A stretch of 64,000 bases of DNA from Candidatus Poribacteria bacterium (GTDB lineage: Bacteria; Poribacteria; WGA-4E; WGA-3G), in assembly GCA_964291315.2 (NCBI GenBank), contig OZ219753.1, forward strand, positions 2,816,001-2,880,000. Reading direction: 5' to 3'. Below, in pieces: positions 1-9,465 of this stretch (its first letter is position 1; each line of letters begins with the position of its first letter). The notes under the pieces were generated by a model, which made no database searches, was not told where the DNA came from, and worked only from the letters and a program-made list of their open reading frames with translations. The position numbers were made by a program, and so were the translations under genes.

Positions 1-499
1 GGATCTCAATGTATCCTGGGCGTTTATAGCGATAGACGGCGTCAAGCACCCGGTCGATGTCGTTGAAAGCGGTGAAAGGTGTGTCGAGCAGTGCGGTCGC
101 GACGGTTATCTCGTCGTAGATGCGTTGCTGTGTATGGAAGTCCCTGACTTTATGGTGCAGGAGTGCGTCGTTCGCGCGTTCCTTGATGCCGGGTGCTCCG
201 CTGATAACGACGATGGGCGATTTTTCGGCGTAAGCCCCTGCTACGGCATTCACCGTTGACAACCCGCCAACGCAATAAGTGACACAGATAGCCCCCATTC
301 CTCTTGTACGGGCGTATGCATCTGCTGCATACCCTGCTGCGTCCTCACGAGTCATGCCGATGTGTTGAATGGGACTCTGCTCAATACAGTTATAGAATCG
401 CAACACGTAGTCCCCGGGGACGCCAAAGATGTGTTCAATACCGTAGCTTTCGAGTTTTCTGAGTAAGTATTCACCGATGGTTGGTGTTCTGTTTTGCAC
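1..499 (-). CDS. Thiamine-pyrophosphate-dependent alpha-keto acid decarboxylase (indolepyruvate/pyruvate decarboxylase family), 5' part; runs off the window
   Basis: Translated by hand from a GTG at 499 with an AGAGGG RBS upstream: [33 protein letters not shown]...[17 protein letters not shown]...[22 protein letters not shown], the typical TPP-enzyme N-terminus. Not in the ORF track because it is truncated. Confidence 0.85.
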   Translation of the reverse strand, partial: MQNRTPTIGEYLLRKLESYGIEHIFGVPGDYVLRFYNCIEQSPIQHIGMTREDAAGYAADAYARTRGMGAICVTYCVGGLSTVNAVAGAYAEKSPIVVISGAPGIKERANDALLHHKVRDFHTQQRIYDEITVATALLDTPFTAFNDIDRVLDAVYRYKRPGYIEI

Positions 500-568
500 A
501 ATGGTACCCTCTTATGTCTGTTTGTTCCCTAAAAATTTTGGATGTCAACATGAGCGGTATCTGGAACT

Positions 569-1378
569 TTAATCTTTTCGTAGTAGCTGTAGTTGCTTAT
601 TGTATGCGTTCTGGATTAAGTATCTTTCCGACTCAAGTCGGTCAAGTGCAAATTCATAATATGCAGGTACAATCTCAAAGCCTATATAATGGCGTTCCTT
701 CATTTTGCTGACGACAGCGACCTGCCCGGATCCTAAAAACGGGTCCAAAACGACATCTCCTTTTTGGCTAGAATAATCCAGGATTTTCTCAATGAGCGCC
801 ATCGGCAATTTGGTGGGCGTTTTAACTGCGCCTTGCCAATATTCTCTCTTGATTTCCCACACATCTTCTTTGTCTTTATAGTGTGCTGATCCGCCGTTTT
901 CTGTTTTTGTATCTTTATCAAATCGGCAATACGGATAAAACTTCCGTTTTCTATCGTTTTTACACAGGAAAAGGCAGTGGTAGTGAGAGGTGACGTATTT
1001 ACGTTTGGTAACAACTCCAAACTGATATTTCCAAATCAGGTGATTGACTGTAGTAAGTTCACACTCATCAATCGCTATCAAAATATCTTTTAAGTGATTC
1101 CAACCAGAGAAGATATACATACTGCCGGATTCTTTTAGAATTCTGGTTGCGGCTGAAAGCCATTCAAGCGTGAAGGTGAAATAGTCGTCTGCTTCAATCT
1201 CATTGTAACCTTGAAGGACTCGGCTCCCTTTTCGATTGTAGTTGTGTCGAGTGGCTTTGAAGTCGATAGCAAAGGGTGGATCGGTTATAATGAGATCAAC
1301 ACATTCATCCGGTATCTTGGCCATCAACTTAATACAGTCGCCCTGTTTGATGGTGTCAATGTATTCGGGATGTTTCAT
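569..1378 (-). CDS. Site-specific DNA methyltransferase (N6-adenine/N4-cytosine, beta class), orphan
   Basis: GDC..., DLIITDPPF (motif IV), PTKLP, VLDPFLGSG (motif I), YIGFE. ATG at 1378 follows an AAGGA RBS; the ORF extends to 1450. Confidence 0.9.
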   Translation of the reverse strand: MKHPEYIDTIKQGDCIKLMAKIPDECVDLIITDPPFAIDFKATRHNYNRKGSRVLQGYNEIEADDYFTFTLEWLSAATRILKESGSMYIFSGWNHLKDILIAIDECELTTVNHLIWKYQFGVVTKRKYVTSHYHCLFLCKNDRKRKFYPYCRFDKDTKTENGGSAHYKDKEDVWEIKREYWQGAVKTPTKLPMALIEKILDYSSQKGDVVLDPFLGSGQVAVVSKMKERHYIGFEIVPAYYEFALDRLESERYLIQNAYNKQLQLLRKD

Positions 1379-1498
1379 TCTGTTCCTTATTGCGGGAATA
1401 TGTGCGTTATCGTTGCGTTTCTGGCTTTCAATTTCCAGGCCCTGCTCCAAAAGTCGCGATGACGCATCTTACGAGCGATTCTTTCCTTTTGTGGGGGT

Positions 1499-1948
1499 TC
1501 AAAATTGTTTTTCGCTGTCCAATAAAATTGTGACGGGCCCGTCGTTAACCAGTTGTACATCCATCATTGCCTGAAAAATGCCGCCTTGTGTCGGTATATT
1601 CTGTTTTTCCAGTGCAATAATGAATTGTTCATAGAGCGCGTTCGCCGGTTCTGGGCGGGCGGCTTCTATGAAACTGGGTCGTCGTCCTTTACGGCAGTCG
1701 CCGTAGAGCGTAAATTGCGAAACAACGAGGGCTGCCCCGCGGATTTCGAAAAGGGAGCGATTCATTTTGCCTTCTTCGTCTTCGAAGATCCGGAGATGGG
1801 CGACTTTATTAGCGATATATTGAATTTCTGTTGCGGTATCTTTGTGGGCGATGCCGAGAAGAACAAGAACGCCTGTCCCGATTTCAGAGATGGGTTTGCC
1901 TTGCACTTTAACACTTGCGGATTTGACGCGTTGAATGACTGCTCTCAT
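1499..1948 (-). CDS. dtd: D-aminoacyl-tRNA deacylase
   Basis: MRAVIQRV start, SQFTL motif, KGRRPSF, NDGPVT; 149 aa from ATG 1948. Confidence 0.96.
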   Translation of the reverse strand: MRAVIQRVKSASVKVQGKPISEIGTGVLVLLGIAHKDTATEIQYIANKVAHLRIFEDEEGKMNRSLFEIRGAALVVSQFTLYGDCRKGRRPSFIEAARPEPANALYEQFIIALEKQNIPTQGGIFQAMMDVQLVNDGPVTILLDSEKQF

Positions 1949-1971
1949 TGGTGCTTCTTGAGTCTTTTCTG

Positions 1972-2946
1972 TTAAAACAGCAAATTCTCGCCTTCGAGTG
2001 CTTGGGTACCGTCGCCGCCGAAGGTGAGGTTGAATTGGAAGCCGGGCCGGCTGTTGAACCCGAATTGACATGCAAGTGTATTTGAGATTTCGTAGCGGAG
2101 TGTGAGTCCGATGAGGTTTGTCACGTGCACGCCGGCGTAGGGCAGTTCGCGTGCGAAGTCGGCTACTAGCCACATATCCTCTGAGACGGCGACTTCAGTG
2201 CCTACCTGCCAATTGAGGGTAAAGAAGTCGGTTGTTTTTAGGGCCTTTGAGGTTAGGAAGACGCCGACGCCTGCATGAACTCTGAAAAGCCCGCTAAATC
2301 TTTGAGTGCCTATCAGATAGGTATTGACTCCTAGAAAGGGGAATCCGTTTGCTGGGGTGTGGTCGAGGAATTCATTATCTGAATTGAGTCGGTCATCTGC
2401 AGTAAAGCCGAATTGTGCGTCGCCGCCGACAGAGAGGCTTGGCAAATTATCGTTTCGTTCTGGTTTGATATTGTATTTGAGTCCGATGATGCCATCAAAT
2501 AAGGGTTGTTCATAGACACGTCGGTTAAGATTCGGTTCTGCGCCATTTTCTGCGTTGGTACCGTAGAAGTCATAGATAACTTTCCGTGCGCCTCCTGTTG
2601 AAAATGTGCCGCCGAGTATGAGCTCGAGTCTGTCGCTTAATCCGTAAGCGAATCTTACGGGTATAAAGAAAGTCTCAATCTCAAACGTTACGCGGTGTGA
2701 CTCTTCAAACCCGCCGATGTCTACGTTTTGGCTTAAATCGGGTAGCAGGTCAACTTTGGCGTATTGAAGGAGGCCGACTGTGGTGCTAGAGCCTCCTTTG
2801 CCGATCGGTTCCGCTGTTTGGATGTTATTGAGATGTGAGACGGCTGGCAATTGTGCTGCAACTGGCATCGCGGTGCTAACGAGAAGTAAGGTGCAGAGCG
2901 TGTAAATGAGGTATTGTATATTGTGTTTTCTATGTGTAAGGTGCAT
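1972..2946 (-). CDS. Exported hypothetical protein, probably an outer-membrane beta-barrel
   Basis: Signal peptide ending ...MPVAA-Q; alternating hydrophobic beta-strand segments; FQFNLTF near the C-terminus. Confidence 0.6.
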   Translation of the reverse strand: MHLTHRKHNIQYLIYTLCTLLLVSTAMPVAAQLPAVSHLNNIQTAEPIGKGGSSTTVGLLQYAKVDLLPDLSQNVDIGGFEESHRVTFEIETFFIPVRFAYGLSDRLELILGGTFSTGGARKVIYDFYGTNAENGAEPNLNRRVYEQPLFDGIIGLKYNIKPERNDNLPSLSVGGDAQFGFTADDRLNSDNEFLDHTPANGFPFLGVNTYLIGTQRFSGLFRVHAGVGVFLTSKALKTTDFFTLNWQVGTEVAVSEDMWLVADFARELPYAGVHVTNLIGLTLRYEISNTLACQFGFNSRPGFQFNLTFGGDGTQALEGENLLF

Positions 2947-3063
2947 TATATTTATCCTTAAGAGTTGTGAGTGTTATAGCTATGGGTGCGTGGTGCGTAT
3001 AGTTTATATTGCTACTGTAGAACTTTCTTATTGAGAGTTGACGGCGGGTCAGTGGCTGTCCTT

Positions 3064-4176
3064 TTACGGTATTGCTTCCACCAGTGCGCTTTCGTCGCGC
3101 CGTCCATCGGGACCCGGGCTGTCGTCAAAGGCGGTGATGTAGTATTTCCTGAATTCTAATGACTGCCCTACGATGATGGGGTCTTCGCCAATGATTGTGA
3201 TGTTGCGGTCCTTGCGCCCGGCTCTGGGGCGCGGGAGTAGATTTCCGTCTGAATCTCTGGTATAGAGTTGATACCCGTCGAGATCGGGTTCGGTGTTGGG
3301 GTTCCAGGAGATAAAAGCGTCGTATTTTGTATTAATTGGGGACCGGCGGAGATAACGGACTCGGACGTTTTTCGGTGGTGCGGGCGGTAGGTTTGGTGCG
3401 GCTGCGGTAATTACGGTAATTGCTTCTGCCCCAAACTCGTCAACCCCTGCGATGCGATAGATTTTTCGGATGCCGTCGTTCTCAAAATGATGGTCAAAAT
3501 AGTAGAGCTGATCCCGCTTTGGTTCAGCGATCAGTTTGAACCGAAGTGCTTTGTCTTCTCCGGTGTCAAGTGCTGCGTAGACGCGAAAAATGGAGAAATC
3601 ATATGGGAATTCGTAGCCGTCCCAAAAGAGCTTGACGGTGAGATCGGTGGGGTCGCCGAGGGTTACGGTAGGTGGGGGCGGTGGCACACTGGGTGTAGCG
3701 AGTGCGGTTTTCCAGCTGCGCCGCGGTTCTTCGTTATCAGTTGGCGGATTTGTCGGATCTGGTGTTTCAACCCCGTTGCTATCTACATAGGTTAGGCGAT
3801 ATTCGTAAGCAAGGATGCGGCCGGAGGTGTCGCGGCGATCGTTTTGGAGGTTTAGGGTATCAACGAATTCGTTGGCGGGTGCGTCAATAGATCCGATGTG
3901 CTTGAATTGTGTATCGGTTCCGCCTGTAGAGCGTCTGTAAATACGGTATTCTTTAATACCTTCCTGGCCTGTGTCGATCCATGTGACTCGTACTTGCTGG
4001 TCTCCGGCGAAGAGTTCAAGGCCGTCTGGTGCGCCGGCGGTGCGCAGATTCTCTGGATCGAGGGGATTCGCGAAGTCTTCTGTATTTGTGCAAGCAATCA
4101 ATACAAGGAGGACGAGGCATATCGGAAAGCTTAGGGAAAGAGTCTTACCGCTGAATAGGGGTTGGATTAAATACAT
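3064..4176 (-). CDS. Predicted lipoprotein with fibronectin type III-like repeats
   Basis: Lipobox LIAC; FN3-like segments VRVTW...YRIYR, VKLFW...FRVY and ISWNPNTEPDLDGYQLY. Confidence 0.7.
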   Translation of the reverse strand: MYLIQPLFSGKTLSLSFPICLVLLVLIACTNTEDFANPLDPENLRTAGAPDGLELFAGDQQVRVTWIDTGQEGIKEYRIYRRSTGGTDTQFKHIGSIDAPANEFVDTLNLQNDRRDTSGRILAYEYRLTYVDSNGVETPDPTNPPTDNEEPRRSWKTALATPSVPPPPPTVTLGDPTDLTVKLFWDGYEFPYDFSIFRVYAALDTGEDKALRFKLIAEPKRDQLYYFDHHFENDGIRKIYRIAGVDEFGAEAITVITAAAPNLPPAPPKNVRVRYLRRSPINTKYDAFISWNPNTEPDLDGYQLYTRDSDGNLLPRPRAGRKDRNITIIGEDPIIVGQSLEFRKYYITAFDDSPGPDGRRDESALVEAIP

Positions 4177-4330
4177 TCTGTTTTCTCCTGTGAAGACATT
4201 TTAAGAAAATCCACGTGCATTTCTATAGCATACCACCGCGTATCTACGAGATCAGTTTTTAACCTCCATGTGATGGTGAAGTTTCCGAGTATCGCGGGGC
4301 TTCCGTTAGCTTTTTCCTATCCACTGTAGG

Positions 4331-4873
4331 TTAAAAGAGGTGCAGGAGGCGCAGACTAGCGCAATGCGTTTGAAAGTCATAATGTGGTTGTAATTGGAGC
4401 GTGGTGCGTGGGAGCAACAGGCCAGTGTTTCGAGAGAGACGGTCTGCGGAGCCAATTAGGCGTATCTTTGATCCCTCGACGTTGATTTTTGTCCCGTGTT
4501 CGCCGGAACCTGTGTCCTCTACAGGTTCGGGTGTGACTATCTGATTATAGCATGAAAAAAGCACAGCAAGTCCAATACATCCGCTGCCAATGCTGGCCAT
4601 GATGGTACCGGCATTTCGTCTCGCGCGGAAAGCATTTTTGTGGGTTTGGATGTCGGATTGGATTGCGGCGTTGAGATAGGTATCGTATCTGTCTTGAGCG
4701 GAGGCTTTGAGAATGCTGCTGCCAAATTGAAGGCTCATGCCGGAGGCAAAGAGTGCTATCGATAGGACACGTGAGCGTCGTGCTGCCTCGGCTTGTCCTG
4801 CTGTTAAGATAAAAATGAGGGCGCAACTGCACGCGAATGCGATATATTTTTGAGAGGTGCTATAGGCTTTCAT
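4331..4873 (-). CDS. Hypothetical membrane/exported protein
   Basis: Signal peptide (AEA), two further hydrophobic helices, AAGGA RBS. Confidence 0.65.
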   Translation of the reverse strand: MKAYSTSQKYIAFACSCALIFILTAGQAEAARRSRVLSIALFASGMSLQFGSSILKASAQDRYDTYLNAAIQSDIQTHKNAFRARRNAGTIMASIGSGCIGLAVLFSCYNQIVTPEPVEDTGSGEHGTKINVEGSKIRLIGSADRLSRNTGLLLPRTTLQLQPHYDFQTHCASLRLLHLF

Positions 4874-4915
4874 AGGTTTATTCCTTTATCTATATTACCG
4901 GACTTCTTACTATAA

Positions 4916-4944
4916 AGTTTACCTCATATGTTTTATAAAGTCAA
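4916..4944 (-). promoter_or_regulatory. Sigma70-type promoter for the 4873 gene cluster
   Basis: TTGACT-N17-TAAACT on the minus strand. Confidence 0.55.
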
Positions 4945-5070
4945 TGCTTTTTGGTGACGGGGCAAGGCGGTTCGGGTTCCTATGTGGAGGCTTTCCGCCG
5001 AATCCCGATTCGGTCTAAAACCATCAGAAGTCCGAAGACTAAACAGGTCTAGCGCCGCGGTCGAGTACAA

Positions 5071-5099
5071 TTGACATTCGACAAAGGACATGGTAACAT
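5071..5099 (+). promoter_or_regulatory. Sigma70-type promoter for the 5186 gene
   Basis: TTGACA-N17-TAACAT with an extended -10 TG. Confidence 0.6.
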
Positions 5100-5185
5100 T
5101 AAAAAGAACTTTATATAATCAAGGTTGTCTTAATTATAAATGGAATTTTGTGCTCACACTTGAGAAAAACAGAGGAGACAAATAG

Positions 5186-6016
5186 ATGAAGTTGAGAATT
5201 GCTAATAGCCAGCATAGCGTTATCGCGAAGTTCGGTGTCGGATGTATAGTGTGCCTGTTTCTTGGTTTTGCGATACTGCTGTACGCGCAAGATAAGACAA
5301 AGCCTGGGGTTGCTGCCGCAAAGCCGGAAATGGATTCTGCGAACAAAACAGAAGTGTCGAAAATGAAGGAGCAGGCTCAACCTAGAATGAAAGGATCTCG
5401 TCAGCGTCAAAACCGTGCTAAAGCTGATTTCGGAGAGAATGCGGCTTTCTACGAAGTGATCATTGATAACAATCTCTTTCGGCCGCTGGGCTGGAGGCCT
5501 CCGAATAACGAACCTGCCTACAGTGTAGTCGGTACTGCTGTTGATGTCGATGGTGTGATAGCACAAGCGACGCTGCTGGAAAAAAGGTCGAATCGCTATC
5601 ATTTTGTTACTATAGGCGATCAATTAGGAGATATGACAGTAAAAGAGATTCAAGCGAGACAGGTGATATTGGAAAAAGGTGGCAAACCGATAACACTGAA
5701 GACAAATGCACTCGAGTTTCTCACAACGAGCCCGCGGGGTGGGGGCAGAAGTGGCAGGGGAGGTGAAGGTGGATTCGGAAGAGAATCGGATAATGCGGGT
5801 AGAGGCGAGGCCAACGTCAAACGGCAGCAAATGGAAGCTGAAAAACGTAGGCAGATGGAAAAGCAGGAGCAAGGTAAGACGTTAGGAATAGATCCTGAAG
5901 AGTTAAAAGAAAAGCTTAAAGATGCCTCGCCAGCGGAACGTCGGGAAATAATGCGGGAAATTAGAAGACGGTCGGGTGAAAGAAGAGGACGTAACAGACA
6001 GCGAAGAGACAGGTAG
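5186..6016 (+). CDS. Membrane-anchored protein with a GspC/PilP-like domain and a charged low-complexity tail
   Basis: N-terminal TM helix; NNLFRP...YSVVGT...ATL...VTIGDQLGDMTVKEIQARQVILEKGGKPITL resembles the T2SS protein C HR domain; GAGGAG RBS. Confidence 0.6.
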   Translation: MKLRIANSQHSVIAKFGVGCIVCLFLGFAILLYAQDKTKPGVAAAKPEMDSANKTEVSKMKEQAQPRMKGSRQRQNRAKADFGENAAFYEVIIDNNLFRPLGWRPPNNEPAYSVVGTAVDVDGVIAQATLLEKRSNRYHFVTIGDQLGDMTVKEIQARQVILEKGGKPITLKTNALEFLTTSPRGGGRSGRGGEGGFGRESDNAGRGEANVKRQQMEAEKRRQMEKQEQGKTLGIDPEELKEKLKDASPAERREIMREIRRRSGERRGRNRQRRDR

Positions 6017-6039
6017 CGTTTGATTGTTTTAACCTTTAT

Positions 6040-6070
6040 AGGCGCGGTTTTAAACCGCGCCTTTTTTATT
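6040..6070 (+). terminator. Intrinsic terminator / REP-like palindrome between convergent genes
   Basis: AGGCGCGGTTT-T-AAACCGCGCCT followed by a T-run. Confidence 0.7.
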
Positions 6071-6077
6071 TTCGACG

Positions 6078-6896
6078 TTATGCTGCCTCTTGTTGATTCT
6101 CTGGTATATTTTCGAGGCGTGAGAGCCAATAGCCGATGTCAAACGAGTCGTCGCCACTAAGGAAACGCCACTGCCTGATACGGTTGACAATTTCAAGTCT
6201 TACATCGTTTCCATACCATTTGTGGTTTCTGCCCAAAATACCGTGGATGCTTGCTGTGTCGATATCGTCTGTGTTCCAAAGTCGGCACTGCCGGACCGTG
6301 GGGTTGAGCCGGAGTTTGAACATATAGCGCGTGCGGTTCGTAAGATTTGGTTGTGCGCAGTGCCACATTCCGTGGTGTACAACAAGAAGCGTGCCGGCTT
6401 TACAGACAACGGGCATTTGTCCGAGGAAGTTTTGGTAACGTCCGATGTCTGTCTCACAGACGCGGCGGTAGTGGCTTCCTGGTAAGATCATTGTTCCGCC
6501 CATTTCGCGCGGTGTGTCGTGTGAGAAATAGAAAAATTGGATGTCAAAATGCATCCGTAGGTCGATGATGGCGTCGGCGTGCCAAATTTGTCCTATTTCA
6601 TTTTCGGGTTTGACGATATGAACAGCATGATGGTCGTAAAGCGGGTTTTCACCGACGAGGCTGTGGATAATGCCTTTCACTTCCGGGAGTTGGAAGACTT
6701 TAGCGACAGCAGAGTCGTTCTGCCAGACTTCATTTAAAGTTGTGCCGCCGCGCCCGCGTACAACGACCCCGGCTTCCATTTCTGCGTGTGCAGCTTCGTT
6801 TAATTCGCGAGGGATCAATTCGTCGAAGCGGAGGTAGCCGTCTGCAACAAAGCTTGCCATTTGTGCCGTACTGAGTAAATTCTTTTTGTCAATCAT
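6078..6896 (-). CDS. Phytanoyl-CoA dioxygenase (PhyH) family Fe(II)/2OG oxygenase
   Basis: F..DGY, WHAD facial-triad motif, GGTMILPGSH, WHCAQPN...R. Confidence 0.88.
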   Translation of the reverse strand: MIDKKNLLSTAQMASFVADGYLRFDELIPRELNEAAHAEMEAGVVVRGRGGTTLNEVWQNDSAVAKVFQLPEVKGIIHSLVGENPLYDHHAVHIVKPENEIGQIWHADAIIDLRMHFDIQFFYFSHDTPREMGGTMILPGSHYRRVCETDIGRYQNFLGQMPVVCKAGTLLVVHHGMWHCAQPNLTNRTRYMFKLRLNPTVRQCRLWNTDDIDTASIHGILGRNHKWYGNDVRLEIVNRIRQWRFLSGDDSFDIGYWLSRLENIPENQQEAA

Positions 6897-7171
6897 TAGA
6901 TTTTCTCCAGTTTCTCAAGGATATATTCGAACCTGAGATATGAAGTGTGATATTCCGTGCCTGGGTAGGCGGGGAATTGTTGTGGGAATTGGATGACTCG
7001 CCAGCCGTCTTGCATAGCATCCACGACTGAGTTATAGGGTGGAGTCTCGCTGTCTCCTGTGGTATAGCGTTTTTGACCGGTGCCGTCGTACATTGCCCAA
7101 GCGACAACGCCGCTGTTCAAATCGGGGGTGTGCAGATGCAACACGAGGAGTTGTTGTCTTAATTCAGACAT
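6896..7171 (-). CDS. Small hypothetical protein, translationally coupled to the PhyH gene
   Basis: 91 aa, AAGGAG RBS, TAATG stop/start overlap at 6894-6898. Confidence 0.75.
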   Translation of the reverse strand: MSELRQQLLVLHLHTPDLNSGVVAWAMYDGTGQKRYTTGDSETPPYNSVVDAMQDGWRVIQFPQQFPAYPGTEYHTSYLRFEYILEKLEKI

Positions 7172-7206
7172 AATACGAATTGTTTCTCCTTAACACTTCG
7201 TGGAGT

Positions 7207-7992
7207 CTATCGAGTGGCGTTTGCTTTAATTTGACTCCATGTGGTGACTAGTTGCCCATTTGGTTGAATATCTAACGCTACGGATATACCGTCGTCTCTC
7301 AGTTCGTTGATTTCATTTTCGCTGAGGGGTCTGTCGTAGAGGACAATTTCGTCGATAGTTCCGGACATCCAATACCCGCCGATATCGCAGCCGCCGATAA
7401 AGAAAGCGTTGTCGTGGGTATCAGGTTCCTTTGCTGGCGAGACTTCTGCGTCTACTTTTCCATTGATGTAGAGTTTGAAGTCGGATCCGTCGTAAGTGCC
7501 TGCGATGTGATGCCATTCGCCGTCGGTGACGACGGTTTGTGCATCAAACGAGTTCCAGGCGCCGCCTGTAGTGAAAGAATAGTGGATGACTCCGGTGTTA
7601 ATATTGCCGAAGAGTCCGTAATTTCTACCGACAGGTCCTCGGTTTTCTTTGGAAGCAATGATTTGCCATTTCCCGGAGATTTCCGGAATATTCACCCATG
7701 CAGCGAGCGTGAAGTTTTCGAGGTCGAGAGCGTCATCATCGGGGACGGTCACCATATCGGCTCCGCCGAACTCCATAGCGCCGTCAAATTTCCCGTCGAC
7801 CCACTTGGGTTTGCCTTGGGCAATTTCCCCGTCTAGGCCGTTATTAGAGGAGTCTGTGACTGCTTCCCCTTTGCCTTCATCAAACAACCATGCCCCGACG
7901 AGCCCATCGGTATTTAGTGCTGTAGCGTGTGGTAGCGTGAAAAGTATCAGACTAAAGAGGCTTAGGGTTAAACATGTTAGCGTTTTGCACAT
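7207..7992 (-). CDS. Secreted LamG-like jellyroll (concanavalin A-like) domain protein
   Basis: Signal peptide; LVGAWLFDEGKG, WVDGKF, FTLAAWV, WHHIAGTYDG, GTIDEIVLYDRPLS; C-terminal QLVTTWSQIK tail. Confidence 0.88.
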   Translation of the reverse strand: MCKTLTCLTLSLFSLILFTLPHATALNTDGLVGAWLFDEGKGEAVTDSSNNGLDGEIAQGKPKWVDGKFDGAMEFGGADMVTVPDDDALDLENFTLAAWVNIPEISGKWQIIASKENRGPVGRNYGLFGNINTGVIHYSFTTGGAWNSFDAQTVVTDGEWHHIAGTYDGSDFKLYINGKVDAEVSPAKEPDTHDNAFFIGGCDIGGYWMSGTIDEIVLYDRPLSENEINELRDDGISVALDIQPNGQLVTTWSQIKANATR

Positions 7993-8044
7993 TAGAGATT
8001 CTCCTTGTTAGGTATGCTTTTGCGTATAAAATAGAGGTTGTAGA

Positions 8045-9337
8045 TTAAATGACAGTTTCGGGTGGTATTGCTGCATCCTTTGGAACAATCACAATTCCAT
8101 CTCGGATGTAGTAGTTTTCGCCGTCATGACTGTCAATTCCCTCTTGGTTGACAAGTACAGAATTATTACCGATGCGTGCGTTTTTGTCAATAATTGCGTT
8201 TTGAATCAGGCAATTGTGTCCGATGCCAAGATTAGGGGTGCCTTCTTTGGCGTTTTTTGCTCGTGATGCTTCTGATTCGTAGTAGTCTGCGCCCATAAGT
8301 ACAGATTGGTAGATTCGAGTGCCGTTGGAGATAATACTTCGGATGCCGACAATGGTTCTGTCGAGCTCGGAGTCATCTACGATAGACCCCTCGGAGAGAA
8401 TTGAGGATCGGACGCTGCTGCTATTGACTTTTGTGCTGGGTAAGTGGCGGCGGTTGGTGTAGATAGGTGCTTGCTCGTCGTAAAAATTGAAAGCGGGTGA
8501 GGTATCCGTGAGTGCGATATTTGCGTGATAAAAGGAACGGATTGTTCCAATGTCTTCCCAGTAGCTGTCGAAAAAATAGGCGGAGATTGGGAGGGTCTGA
8601 ATACTTTTCGGAATAATATCTTTGCCGAAGTCCATATTTGCGTCGTCTTGAAGGGCGTTTTGAAGGATGTCTCGGTTAAAGATGTAGATCCCCATTGATG
8701 CGATATATTCTCTACCGTGTGGTTCTATACCTTGCGCCGTAAAGACCTCAGGATCAACGCGTAGCGGCAGTAGTTCTTCTTCGGTTTGTGGTTTTTCAAC
8801 AAAATTGACGATGCGTCCATTCTTATCAGCTTGGAGAATGCCCAATCCGTTTGTGTCCTCTTTTCTCACGGGAATAACAGAAACGGTGATAGCTGCTTTG
8901 GATTCCGTGTGAACTTGTAGCATTTTGCGGTAGTCCATGCGATAGAGATGGTCGCCAGCGAGAATCAGGACATAATTGTCTGGGAACCGTGGATTAAGGA
9001 TATAGGGTTGGTTGTGTTTAACGGCATCTGCTGTTCCTTGATACCATTTTTCGCCTATTAAAGTTTGCTGTGCAGCCAGGATTTGGACGAATCCGCGGCG
9101 GTAACTATCGAAGCGGTAGGCTTGTGCAATGTGTCGGTTGAGGGAAACAGAGTTGAATTGTGTCAACACATAGATACGGTCGAATCCGGAATGAAGGCAG
9201 TTGCTGATGGGTATGTCTACGAGTCGAAATTTGCCGGCGATTGGTACGCTCGGTTTCGCCCGGTCTCTGGTGAGTGGGAACAGACGGGTGCCGCGCCCGC
9301 CGCCAAGGATCACTGCGATAACGCTCCCGTTATTCAT
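8045..9337 (-). CDS. glgC: Glucose-1-phosphate adenylyltransferase
   Basis: GGGRGTRLFPLTRDRAKP, WYQGTADAV, GDHLYRMDY, FVEKP, YWEDIGT. Confidence 0.97.
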   Translation of the reverse strand: MNNGSVIAVILGGGRGTRLFPLTRDRAKPSVPIAGKFRLVDIPISNCLHSGFDRIYVLTQFNSVSLNRHIAQAYRFDSYRRGFVQILAAQQTLIGEKWYQGTADAVKHNQPYILNPRFPDNYVLILAGDHLYRMDYRKMLQVHTESKAAITVSVIPVRKEDTNGLGILQADKNGRIVNFVEKPQTEEELLPLRVDPEVFTAQGIEPHGREYIASMGIYIFNRDILQNALQDDANMDFGKDIIPKSIQTLPISAYFFDSYWEDIGTIRSFYHANIALTDTSPAFNFYDEQAPIYTNRRHLPSTKVNSSSVRSSILSEGSIVDDSELDRTIVGIRSIISNGTRIYQSVLMGADYYESEASRAKNAKEGTPNLGIGHNCLIQNAIIDKNARIGNNSVLVNQEGIDSHDGENYYIRDGIVIVPKDAAIPPETVI

Positions 9338-9354
9338 AAAAGTCTCCTTTTAAT

Positions 9355-9465
9355 GGTTATCGGTCGTCGATGAGATAGAGGTTTTTTATAACGGATCGTC
9401 CTTTTTTTTGAAAATTCTGGGAGCCGGTTAGTTGTGAACTGATTCCTAACTGACAACTGATAACT
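9355..9465. repeat. ~111-bp MITE-like element with heptamer-based terminal inverted repeats
   Basis: Left arm GGTTATCGGTCGTCGATGAG, right arm CTAACTGACAACTGATAACT (14/20 complementary); same size and arm type as 21689-21800. Confidence 0.55.

Noticed and set aside
1949-2173. Arg-rich N-terminal extension of Dtd in the ORF track
   Set aside because: It overlaps the upstream gene in another frame; the canonical MRAVIQRV start is at 1948.
5004-5048. Hammerhead ribozyme (minus strand: hairpin, CUGAU, hairpin, GAAU)
   Set aside because: The core lacks the required CUGANGA and GAAA; kept only as a generic structured element.
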